Part shown: piece by piece, positions 50,807-59,920 of the stretch
Numbering within the stretch: the stretch's first letter is position 1
Layout: the number at the start of each line of letters is the position of its first letter
From: Candidatus Sericytochromatia bacterium
Lineage (GTDB): Bacteria; Cyanobacteriota; Sericytochromatia; S15B-MN24; JAQBPE01
Length of the DNA stretch: 64,000 bases
Assembly: GCA_040400605.1 (NCBI GenBank)
Contig: JBBAPZ010000005.1
Location: forward strand, 82,970-146,969
Reading direction: 5' to 3'
Translations under genes and position numbers: made by a program
Notes under the pieces: generated by a model
Told to the model about the DNA's origin: nothing
The model's input: only the letters and a program-made list of their open reading frames with translations
The model's database searches: none

Positions 50807-53800
50807 TCAATCAAGGGCGACATCGAAGTGCCTAGCGAAAAACTGCATGTCCAGTTCTTGCTGCACGGCTTGAATTCGCATATCCTCTCCCTTTTCGATG
50901 TCGTTCATAAATTTGATTGCCGCAACACTACCGCCGGTCTCAATATAATGATTACGCAAGCGGTGAAGGATGGCAGCGCTAAAAAACAAGTCAGTCTTCG
51001 ACGCGTAATCACGGGTCAACAAGCCGTTTTTGAACAGTTCACGCCTGAAACTGAACAAGGCATCTGGCACACTCACGAAGTGATCGGCCTGAGTCAAAGT
51101 ATCTTTGAGGACTTTTGAGAATCCAGGCAAGTGGGACACGGCGGCACCCGCCTCTGCGATCGCCCCCCGGTTTGCGGATACCCCTTCTCCATATGCGCTG
51201 GCCAACGCGTCATAGCTTTTCGCTTGCCACGAGCTCCAGAACCGCTCCGTAAGAGGCCTTCTCAAATCTTTTGCCCCCGTGTTCGCATTGACACGGGCCA
51301 AGGCATCGGCCAGGCCATCGTATGATTGTTGGCCATCCCGATTCACATCCTTTAATGTTCTCATAAAGGACGCGAGAACTTCCATAAATGGAAAATCGTC
51401 AGGGCTTTGGTAAGCACTCCATCCCCGTGCGGGAAACTCCTTGAGAAACGCGTTTAGCCAGCTGCGCTCCACCTGGCTGAAACTGCCATCATCAACGGAT
51501 GACTGAATCTCCTGAAATAAACGTCTGCTGTTTTGCCACTCCTTGCCGTCTTCTCTATATTTTCCGGCGAAGTCTTGGCCATATTGCTGGTGCAACCACA
51601 ACCATGCATCACTTTTCCGGTTCAACGGAGGCAGATTACCATCGGCAATGCGCCTCAGAAGATCTTTGCGGCTAACATTATTATCCAAAAGGCGCACCGA
51701 AGACTCAGCCAGATACTTGTTGTGGCCGTTCAACTCGTTGGCCCACGCATTGAGCAAAGCCTTGGTGGATGCATCAAGCGCTTCCTCAACGGTGCCGTTG
51801 GCAACGAGACCGGTTAACCAGCGCAGCTCGGATAATGGCGTGGCATTTGGCGACAACGGTTGCTGCAAGCGCTCAAAGACCTGTCGTGAGAATTGTTTGG
51901 GGAGTGCCTGCATGGTACGCGCCTTGCTGTTAAAAGGCCACTCTGTCGCGCCCAGGTACCGTGCCAGGGCTTGATGAGGAGACGGTAGGGACCCCAGCAA
52001 ATCATTCGCGACCGCCTCTGGCGGCATCCCTTGCTTGACTGCCCAGTACAGGGCTTGCTCGGGATTGGCGATGTCTTGGTCCGGATGAATCAGATGACCC
52101 AACACCCGCCTGAAATACTCCGCCCGTTGTTGGGTGATGGGCGCGATCGAAGCTTTCCGGACCCGCATGTCGTCGGAATTTTTAATCCGGCCAGCCGCCT
52201 CATCCCAAGGATCATACTTGAACAACACCTTGTCCGCATCGCTGAGTACCGGTTCCAGTATTCGACCCGCTAGCTTGACCAGACCACCCAGGCGTTGGTT
52301 ATCGCTTTCTGATTGGGGATTGAAACTCAGCCCGTTTAATGCCTTTAGAACTGCGCGCTTTTGACCCTCAGCCGTCGGGACAACCACTCGCTCAACCCAA
52401 GCGTCCGACACTGCGCGAAGCCACGTCGCATCCGTTGCCGGGTCTTGGGGTTTCAGCTTTAGCCAGAAATCGTATTCCGTATCTTCATCCAAGCTATCCC
52501 ACCAGTTGCTCTCCCGATAGTCCCGTGACTTGTCACGCTCGAAAACCCCTTCTGTCTCCAGCAAGCGCTTCATGGCCTGCTCCGAATCGGGTGCGTCGCT
52601 CAAAAACTCTCCGACCAGCCTTCGCCCCATTTCACGATCCAAATTCTTGGCTAACCGTGGATCATCCACTCCCATCATTCGCCCCAACCACGCCAGTTCT
52701 TGTCTGTCAGCATCACTGCGCACCAGTGCCACAGCGTTTTTGAACAACCTGTCGCGTTCCTCGATCCACCCCCGATGGTCAGCAATGCGCATCAAAGGAA
52801 GCACATGCTCTATGTTTTGGTCGCGCCAGTAGGATTCTGGCAACTCAACGGTGCGTTGTAACATGGTTCTCGCACTGTCAGGGTCGTCTTTGGCGCGAAT
52901 TAAAATGTCTTGAACCGATTCATTAACCATTCGTGTGACATCCGTCGCGGTGGGATCCACCATCCCAAACCGCCGGTGCTCACGTTGTGTAACAAGGCCG
53001 TCGGAATTATCAGACGCCAGCTTTTTGACGGGCCGTTTGTATTTGATATTCGGAAACGCTTGCTTAAGGTACGCCTCCGCATCACGCATGAATCCTTGGC
53101 TGATATCAACCACTTTGTAATCTTGGCCACTCAGTTTTCCCTCACGGGCATCTGCCGCGAGATACCACGCGTAACGGTGAGCAAGGCTGGCTGTCAACTC
53201 ATCTGAATGTGGTGACACAAGGTTTGCCAAAGAATACGAATCGTCAGGCATCCAACGTTCCAACCAACGGGAATTATCTGTCGATTCCGGATGAAGCACA
53301 CACCTGAGGCTTCGCTCAAGGAACGAGAGCAACGCTGTCTCATCGTTGATCTCCGCTGCCATGCGCACGACGCCCTGGCCCAACGCTGTGCCGTTCAACC
53401 GGTTGGCCATGATTTGCCGAACGTGTTCGACTGGCTTGAATTCGGGGTGCATCGCCAAAAACATGTCGGTCAGTTTGGGCTCTCTCGGGGTTCCGAACAT
53501 CCGGAAAATCACTGCCAACAATTGCAAAGACGATGTGCGATCCAACACACCCTCTTCGAGCACAAAACCAAGATCAACATCACGGCCTTGTATACTGGGA
53601 TTGACACGCGCACATTCCTGCGCGAAACTCAACACCCCATCCAGATGCGGGTTACCTTCCTTGAGCAACTGCAAGCCTTCTTTTAGCGGTACACGCCCAC
53701 CCTGGATGGCATCGAGCAACTGGAGTCGTTCTTTCACACTCTGCCGCGCACCACTGCGCAGGATTTCCAGGCGTTTTTGTTCCCGCCTAACCCCAAAAGG

Positions 53801-54409
53801 CGCCTGCTCTTTTTGTGATGCTATCGCTGCATCAACCGTTTTGGCATCCGCCAGCGGGGCGTTGCGGCGCGTGACACCTTTTTCGAGTCGTTGAATGTGA
53901 CGGTCAATTTCTGGCTGTTTGCGCACGAGTGACAACGCGGCTGTCGCCTGGTCTTTCTTTCCGATGGCAAGTGCAAGGGTTGCAATCCGGTCCCCATCCC
54001 GCATTTGCGTCAGCGTCGCATCGCCCCTCCCACGCGCATCCCGCAACAATTCAGTCGCCCATTGCAATCCATCCACCGCTTGCGCATCCAACGACAATCC
54101 GTGCGCCAATCGCGTCAAATCCAGAACGTCCGTCACATCCACGGGCGCATCCAGACTTCCATTCTCCCGCATCTCTCCCAGCGCCAACAACTCGGAAAGA
54201 CGCTCACGCGCCTTCTCCGTCTGGCCTTCCCGCACAAGGACCTGCACCTCCCGCAAGCCACCTTTCACCCTCACTTTTTCACTGAGGCTGATATGCTCGC
54301 CCAAACGCGGCGCCGCCTTGGCCGCGGTGTCCTGGCTGAGGCCTGGCACCATCCGCGTGAGTCCCTGCAACGGATTCTGCCCAAACACTGTCTTCAACAC
54401 CGGTGCCAC
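50807..54409 (-). CDS. Large (~1200 aa) alpha-helical hypothetical protein
   Basis: Long ORF, paralogous to 59921-63514; SD AGGGAGG suggests the true start may be GTG 54400. Confidence 0.8.
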   Translation of the reverse strand: MAPVLKTVFGQNPLQGLTRMVPGLSQDTAAKAAPRLGEHISLSEKVRVKGGLREVQVLVREGQTEKARERLSELLALGEMRENGSLDAPVDVTDVLDLTRLAHGLSLDAQAVDGLQWATELLRDARGRGDATLTQMRDGDRIATLALAIGKKDQATAALSLVRKQPEIDRHIQRLEKGVTRRNAPLADAKTVDAAIASQKEQAPFGVRREQKRLEILRSGARQSVKERLQLLDAIQGGRVPLKEGLQLLKEGNPHLDGVLSFAQECARVNPSIQGRDVDLGFVLEEGVLDRTSSLQLLAVIFRMFGTPREPKLTDMFLAMHPEFKPVEHVRQIMANRLNGTALGQGVVRMAAEINDETALLSFLERSLRCVLHPESTDNSRWLERWMPDDSYSLANLVSPHSDELTASLAHRYAWYLAADAREGKLSGQDYKVVDISQGFMRDAEAYLKQAFPNIKYKRPVKKLASDNSDGLVTQREHRRFGMVDPTATDVTRMVNESVQDILIRAKDDPDSARTMLQRTVELPESYWRDQNIEHVLPLMRIADHRGWIEERDRLFKNAVALVRSDADRQELAWLGRMMGVDDPRLAKNLDREMGRRLVGEFLSDAPDSEQAMKRLLETEGVFERDKSRDYRESNWWDSLDEDTEYDFWLKLKPQDPATDATWLRAVSDAWVERVVVPTAEGQKRAVLKALNGLSFNPQSESDNQRLGGLVKLAGRILEPVLSDADKVLFKYDPWDEAAGRIKNSDDMRVRKASIAPITQQRAEYFRRVLGHLIHPDQDIANPEQALYWAVKQGMPPEAVANDLLGSLPSPHQALARYLGATEWPFNSKARTMQALPKQFSRQVFERLQQPLSPNATPLSELRWLTGLVANGTVEEALDASTKALLNAWANELNGHNKYLAESSVRLLDNNVSRKDLLRRIADGNLPPLNRKSDAWLWLHQQYGQDFAGKYREDGKEWQNSRRLFQEIQSSVDDGSFSQVERSWLNAFLKEFPARGWSAYQSPDDFPFMEVLASFMRTLKDVNRDGQQSYDGLADALARVNANTGAKDLRRPLTERFWSSWQAKSYDALASAYGEGVSANRGAIAEAGAAVSHLPGFSKVLKDTLTQADHFVSVPDALFSFRRELFKNGLLTRDYASKTDLFFSAAILHRLRNHYIETGGSVAAIKFMNDIEKGEDMRIQAVQQELDMQFFARHFDVALD

Positions 54410-54423
54410 CCTCCCTGTTTTTC

Positions 54424-54449
54424 ATACCCGCGTCCGGGAGGCGCTAAAC
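54424..54449 (-). promoter_or_regulatory. SigB/SigF-type promoter
   Basis: Minus strand GTTTAG-N14-GGGTAT just upstream of the SD. Confidence 0.7.
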
Positions 54450-54456
54450 CACGAAA

Positions 54457-54480
54457 GGAACCGTCAGATTGACCGATCGG
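54457..54480 (-). repeat. 24-bp core of the conserved intergenic element (distal part decayed)
   Basis: GGAACCGTCAGATTGACCGATCGG, 22/24 identical to the 19944 and 63580 copies. Confidence 0.85.
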
Positions 54481-54567
54481 GTTCCTGCTATGCCAGCCAG
54501 AGTAGCACCGTTGTCCGCGACGCAAAATCTGCGAAACGAAAGTCTGGTGCGTCAATTACGCGATCGC

Positions 54568-55692
54568 TCACAAACGTGCCCGGAAAGCGCCGGCATATCC
54601 CGTCAACTCCACATAACCCCGCCCCGTCACGGGGCGATCGCCCAGGCTGCCCGCATAACGCACCGGCCCCTCCCAATACGTCTCCTGCGTACTCCCCGGC
54701 GTCCGCAACTCACAATCCGCCACAACAGGCGTCACCTGCAAATCCAGCTTAAGCACCGGCACCATCACACGCCAACGTGCCGGGTAAATGGCCTGACTAT
54801 GCGGACTGCGCCACGTACCAAGCGACTCCAAACGGATGTCTTGCCGCTTCAGGTGCGTTGTGACACCATTTGCCGCCACGTAGGTGCCGCTCGATGCCGC
54901 CAGGGTCTGCCCCTTGCGATCCCGCAAACGATAAATCATCAACTCGGCCCCATTGGCTAACTGCACACTGAACCAATCCCACCCCGCAAGCTCGGGCCCC
55001 GCTTGACCCGACCCAAACTCATGATCCATCCAGGACTCACCGCGTACCGCCACGCGCCGCCCTCCCACTTGCAATTCACCCGCCGTGGCCAGCCGCGTCA
55101 GCGAATAATAATGCGATGCACACCCCTCACAATCGCCCTTGCGTGACACGCCTCCGACTCCGTGAACCACCGGTGCCTTGAGCGATCGCACCCGCAAATC
55201 AAGCCCCCACCCTCCCTGCTTCGCCACCAGGCGCTGCCCGTCACCCACGCGGCCAGCCTCCCAATTACCATTGAAAACAAGATAATTTTTGTTATCTGAA
55301 CCAGCCAAGCCCACGTCGCCGCGCGCGAGGCGTTCGAAGAAAGTGAAGCGGGGTGGGTTGAGTTCGGTGACGGCCAGATGGGCCATGTGCAGGTCGCGAA
55401 TCCGCCAGGGCGATCGCCCCGGCGCACGCTTGGGACGCACCCCCACCCGAAAAAACGTCAATTGATAACCAAACGCCTCACCGCTTGCCGATGCCAGATG
55501 GCCCGTGTAATACCACCATTCGGTTTTGTAATTGGGGTGATTGGCGTGATCGCGCGGAAACGCATAACGATAGCCCGCAAGCGCGCGCTTAAAGCCGCCT
55601 TCGGCAGCCAATGCCATGTTGCCCGGCTTGCCATTTGCGCAAGTCAGGTTAACAAGCAAAGCAGCGATGCCTGCGTGCAGCCACTTATTCAC
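54568..55692 (-). CDS. AttH/CrtC-like lipocalin-domain secreted protein
   Basis: FPRDH..HP.YKTEWWYYTG, YYSLTRL, WMDHEF, GWDWFS.QL, YWEG, GYVELTGY. Confidence 0.88.
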   Translation of the reverse strand: MNKWLHAGIAALLVNLTCANGKPGNMALAAEGGFKRALAGYRYAFPRDHANHPNYKTEWWYYTGHLASASGEAFGYQLTFFRVGVRPKRAPGRSPWRIRDLHMAHLAVTELNPPRFTFFERLARGDVGLAGSDNKNYLVFNGNWEAGRVGDGQRLVAKQGGWGLDLRVRSLKAPVVHGVGGVSRKGDCEGCASHYYSLTRLATAGELQVGGRRVAVRGESWMDHEFGSGQAGPELAGWDWFSVQLANGAELMIYRLRDRKGQTLAASSGTYVAANGVTTHLKRQDIRLESLGTWRSPHSQAIYPARWRVMVPVLKLDLQVTPVVADCELRTPGSTQETYWEGPVRYAGSLGDRPVTGRGYVELTGYAGAFRARL

Positions 55693-58234
55693 GTCGCAGG
55701 CCCTCCGCGATGCGGGTGCGGGCCGCAACCCGTGCTGGCAGGATTCCCGCCAGCATGGCACAGATGATGATGGTTGCGCCTGCCTTGAGTAAATACAGGC
55801 CCGGACTCTGCCACTCAACCGTCCAGCCGAAGGACTGCCGGTTAATCACTTCCACCAGCAACAGGGATAACGCCAGGCCCGCCACACTCCCCAGCATGAC
55901 CCCAGCCACACCAATCAAGCCCGCTTCCACGACCACCAGGCGCAATAACTGCCCGGCACTCAAGCCCAATTGCCGCAAAATGCTCCACTCCCGTTGACGC
56001 TCCAAAACCAGGGCATACAAGGACCCCACCACGCCCAACAATGATACGCTCAACGCAATGACGTGCAAGGCATCCGTAATGGCAAAGGTCTGGTCAAACA
56101 CGGTCAACACCTGCGCACGCATCGTTGCAGAACTGGTAACGCTGATGGGGGCGTCGCCCAGGGTTTGGCGAATGTGTGTGCGCAATTGTTCCGTATCCGC
56201 GCCGGGTTCTGCGTAAATGGCCATATCGGTGATGGCGTCATCTTGCCAGTAGCGGCGGTAGGTGCCGCGATCCATCAAAATGTAGCCTTGATCCGACGCA
56301 TAATCCCGATAAACACCCACCACGTCAAAATGCCGCGGTCCTTGCGGGGTATCAAGGGTTAAGCGTGCGCCGCGCGTGACCCCCTGTTTGATGGTCAAGG
56401 CCTCGGACACCAGCACCCGGTCTTGCCCGACAAGCGCCGCGTAGGCTTGTTTGGGATCGCCCGCGTCAGTGAGCATTAACGAACCAAACTCGGCCAAAAC
56501 TGTCATGTCACTGGCACCGAGCCTGATGGTCGTGCCATTGAAGGCGATCGCACGGGTCCGGAACCCCTCCACGGCTTTAACATCCGGCAGGGCTTTCATT
56601 TTTGCGATCCAAGCGGCATCCATGGTGATGTTTTGGCGTGCGCCAACCGCCAGTTCGGGCTTGAGGTAATAGGTGCCTGGCAGGGTGTGATCCACCCAAC
56701 GCACGACGGTGCTGCGGAAGGATGAGACCATGGTGGAGACACCGATCATCATCGCAAGACCCACCATCAAAGCGGCGATCGCCACCGCGTTACGCCCAAT
56801 TGCGCGCCGAAAGTTCCGCACCGCCAATTGCGTGAGGCCACCCAGGCGATCGCTCCAAGGCCCCACGACACCCGCGATAATCCGCACGCTCAAAGGGCCC
56901 CACATCGAAAAGGCAGCAATCAATAGAGCCGCAGCCGCATAGCCCCCCACCGGCAAACCCAGCAACGGGGGCACCTGCGCCGCCCCCCACGCCAGCAGCA
57001 GCACACACGCGGCAAGCACACTCCAGCCAAGCAGGCCCTCGCGCTGTTGCCCCTCCCAGGTGCCGGCGCGGGTAACCGTCGCAGCCGGGGTTTGCGCTGC
57101 GTCCCACGCTGGCACCCCCGCAGCCAGCAAAGCCAAACCAACCCCGATGGCCAGACCGGATATCAGCGTTGCGGGGTCGTAGCTAACAGCGGTGACCGGT
57201 GTTGTGATGTAGATGGCATTGACCGTTTGCCCGACCGCTTCGACTGCGCCGCGGGCCAGCAAGCAGCCTGCTGCGACGCCCAAGAGGCCCCCAACAAGTC
57301 CGATGGCGCCTGCTTCGAGTAAAAACAGCCAGACGATCGCTGCGCGTGCCATGCCAAGCGAGCGCAAAATGCCAACCTCGCGGCGGCGCTGCACCACCGA
57401 AATTGCCACGGTGTTATAAATCAGGTAGGCGCCGACAATCAGGGCCACGAAGGAAAGGGCCATCAAATTAACGCGAAACGACAACAGCATGCGCCGTGCC
57501 TGCTCGACCGACTCAGACGGCCGCGCAAGCGTCACACCCTTTTTAAGCAAGGGCGTGATGGTCGTTTCGAGTTCGGATTCGGCCACACCTGCGAGCGGTG
57601 CGATATCCACGCGATCCAAACGCCCGATTCGGTTTAGCACTTCTTGTGCGTCCGCGAGGTCCATCAGCGCCACGTAGGGATCCAATGCCGCCGTTCGCGC
57701 CTCGTTGGGACGCAAGGGTCCCACCCGTACCGTGATGAGGCGATCCTGCACTTTCCAGCGCATCAACTGCCCGGAACGCACGCCCAAAGCCGTTGCCGCT
57801 TCATTTGACAGCAAGGCGACGGGATAAGGTTGCGCCATCAAAAAGGTGGCGGCGACGGGTGTGATCACATGTCCCACCGCTTCGATTTGCGTCAGGTCGA
57901 TGCCCAAAATCTGGAAGGTGTAAGTTGGGTGATCACTGGCAACTGCCGTACCTTCCAGTACGGGCCTGAGTTCTGCAACACCGGTTGCCGGACGCAAATC
58001 GTGAAGCACGGCGTCTGGCATATCGGATGCCTGGCCTTGCACTTGCCAGACCGCATCGCCGGTCACCGCCTTGATGGCGCGCTCAAAGGAGTTAAGGGCT
58101 GTGTGGTTGGCCAGTTGCACAGCGACCGCGATTGCAACGCCAAGTAAAACGCCCAGGCCAGTCAACCCACTGCGCAGGCGGTGTTGCCAGATGTGGCGCA
58201 GGATCAGTGCGCGAAAAAGCCACAGCCAGCTCAC
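55685..58234 (-). CDS. ABC transporter permease, FtsX/MacB-like (AttF/G type)
   Basis: Two FtsX halves (RRREVGILRSLG; RQREWSILRQLG), VINRQSFGW; GTGA overlap start. Confidence 0.9.
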   Translation of the reverse strand: MSWLWLFRALILRHIWQHRLRSGLTGLGVLLGVAIAVAVQLANHTALNSFERAIKAVTGDAVWQVQGQASDMPDAVLHDLRPATGVAELRPVLEGTAVASDHPTYTFQILGIDLTQIEAVGHVITPVAATFLMAQPYPVALLSNEAATALGVRSGQLMRWKVQDRLITVRVGPLRPNEARTAALDPYVALMDLADAQEVLNRIGRLDRVDIAPLAGVAESELETTITPLLKKGVTLARPSESVEQARRMLLSFRVNLMALSFVALIVGAYLIYNTVAISVVQRRREVGILRSLGMARAAIVWLFLLEAGAIGLVGGLLGVAAGCLLARGAVEAVGQTVNAIYITTPVTAVSYDPATLISGLAIGVGLALLAAGVPAWDAAQTPAATVTRAGTWEGQQREGLLGWSVLAACVLLLAWGAAQVPPLLGLPVGGYAAAALLIAAFSMWGPLSVRIIAGVVGPWSDRLGGLTQLAVRNFRRAIGRNAVAIAALMVGLAMMIGVSTMVSSFRSTVVRWVDHTLPGTYYLKPELAVGARQNITMDAAWIAKMKALPDVKAVEGFRTRAIAFNGTTIRLGASDMTVLAEFGSLMLTDAGDPKQAYAALVGQDRVLVSEALTIKQGVTRGARLTLDTPQGPRHFDVVGVYRDYASDQGYILMDRGTYRRYWQDDAITDMAIYAEPGADTEQLRTHIRQTLGDAPISVTSSATMRAQVLTVFDQTFAITDALHVIALSVSLLGVVGSLYALVLERQREWSILRQLGLSAGQLLRLVVVEAGLIGVAGVMLGSVAGLALSLLLVEVINRQSFGWTVEWQSPGLYLLKAGATIIICAMLAGILPARVAARTRIAEGLRRE

Positions 58235-58923
58235 GAGTGGCCTCCTGGGATGGGTGTTTGCAGGCGCCCATCGTGCATATGCAGCATCGTATCGCAAATG
58301 GCGGCCGCGTCGGGTGAATGGGTGGCCATCAAGACGGTGAGGCCGCGTTCACGTGCAAGGCGGGCGAAGATTTGGAGGATATGCGCGCCATTGGTTGAGT
58401 CGAGGTTGCCGGTGGGTTCATCCGCGAGCAACAAGGGGGGGTTATGAACGATCGCCCGGGCGATCGCCACGCGCTGCATTTGCCCACCCGATACCTGATA
58501 GGGGAATTTTTGCACCTGTGTCTCAAGCCCGAGATCAACCAGCAGTTCCAAGGCTGCAACGCGCGACTGGCGAGGCCGCCATCCAAGCAAGGTCAACGGC
58601 AACTGCACGTTCTCAAGCAGGGTGAGCGTGGGCAACAGGTTAAAAAATTGCGATACGTAGCCCACCACTTCGCGACGTAAAAAGGTTAGCCGCGCATCGG
58701 ATAAGGCACTGACTTCGTGTCCGGCGATCACGATGCTGCCGGAATCCGCTTGATCGATCAACGCCAACAGATTCAGCAACGAACTCTTGCCGCACCCACT
58801 GGGCCCCATCAACGCAATCAAGGTCTGCGGCGCGACATCCAAATCGATGCCTTTGAGCACAAGGGTCTCCAAGCCGTGCATCCGATACGCTTTACTCACG
58901 TTACGCAAACTGACCAAAGCCAC
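58231..58923 (-). CDS. ABC transporter ATP-binding protein (LolD/AttE-like)
   Basis: GPSGCGKS, SGGQMQRVAIARA, LLADEPTGNLD. Confidence 0.95.
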   Translation of the reverse strand: MALVSLRNVSKAYRMHGLETLVLKGIDLDVAPQTLIALMGPSGCGKSSLLNLLALIDQADSGSIVIAGHEVSALSDARLTFLRREVVGYVSQFFNLLPTLTLLENVQLPLTLLGWRPRQSRVAALELLVDLGLETQVQKFPYQVSGGQMQRVAIARAIVHNPPLLLADEPTGNLDSTNGAHILQIFARLARERGLTVLMATHSPDAAAICDTMLHMHDGRLQTPIPGGHS

Positions 58924-59183
58924 AGGGGAATTCTCCTATCAGGACGTGTAAAAGAACAAGTGTTACAGTTTGACTGTTTCAAGCAATGCTTATTTCAGGG
59001 CACTTTGCCTGCCCACGGCTTCAGATGATTTGTGGATTGAATCGGTTTTATTGATCCGGCGCTGGCTTGGTTTTCAGGATGTTTTGCCGCGAACGGTCAA
59101 ATGCCCGTCAATCGAAAGTCTGTCGTCCAAGCTGAAACGCCTGGCTGCTTGGCGCGATAAGCCATGGGATCATTGTCGCACAT

Positions 59184-59696
59184 TCAGTCAACGCGAATGA
59201 TGCGATCGCCCACGTTTGCTTGCCAACGGCGCGCGCTGCCCGCATTGACCTCGAGCACGTAATCAACCGGTTCGGAGGGGCCAAAGGCGGGGCAGTCCTC
59301 GCGTGACGGGCAGGGTGGCGCATCGTGATAAAGCGCCAGGATGCGATTGTCCCTGACAAAAAAGACATCAATGGCAAAGTTCATGTCAGGCATCCAGATG
59401 GCAGTTACCTGGGGCGTGTCAAACGCGAGGATCAACCCGTGACCGTCAGGAAGGTTTTTTCGACCACTCAGGCCCTGGTTGCGCGTGGCTGGGGTGTCCG
59501 CGACCTCGCAAGGAATGATGAGGTCGTTGAGTTTCAGACGGACTGTTTTGAGCGCTGGTGATGCGATAGGCGCGGGGGGCTGTGCAGATGGTGCAGGCGA
59601 TGATGGTATTTGGGAGGCTACTGGCAAGGCTTTCGGAGTTTGGGCTTCGAGTTGGCACGCGAGCAGCAGTGAAGACAAAAGATAGAAGACTTTCAC
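59184..59696 (-). CDS. DUF192 family protein
   Basis: EVADTPATRNQGLSGR, IWM.DMNFAID, YVLEVNAG, GDRI; signal peptide. Confidence 0.9.
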   Translation of the reverse strand: MKVFYLLSSLLLACQLEAQTPKALPVASQIPSSPAPSAQPPAPIASPALKTVRLKLNDLIIPCEVADTPATRNQGLSGRKNLPDGHGLILAFDTPQVTAIWMPDMNFAIDVFFVRDNRILALYHDAPPCPSREDCPAFGPSEPVDYVLEVNAGSARRWQANVGDRIIRVD

Positions 59697-59920
59697 GATG
59701 CGACTTTAGCCTCGAATTGCGACTTGCAAAAGTGGTGGCAGACGATCAAATGGCTGGCCGGCATGATAGCACGTGATTTCGTGAGGTTTTTGCATTGGCG
59801 ATAGAATCTCTGGAAAGCAGTTATCGTTTAAGACCACCGCGTGAACCAGATTTTACGCATTGACTGCTTCAAAGAAATCGAATGCAGTTTCAGTTGCTGT
59901 AGCAACCACTTCGTTGCCAA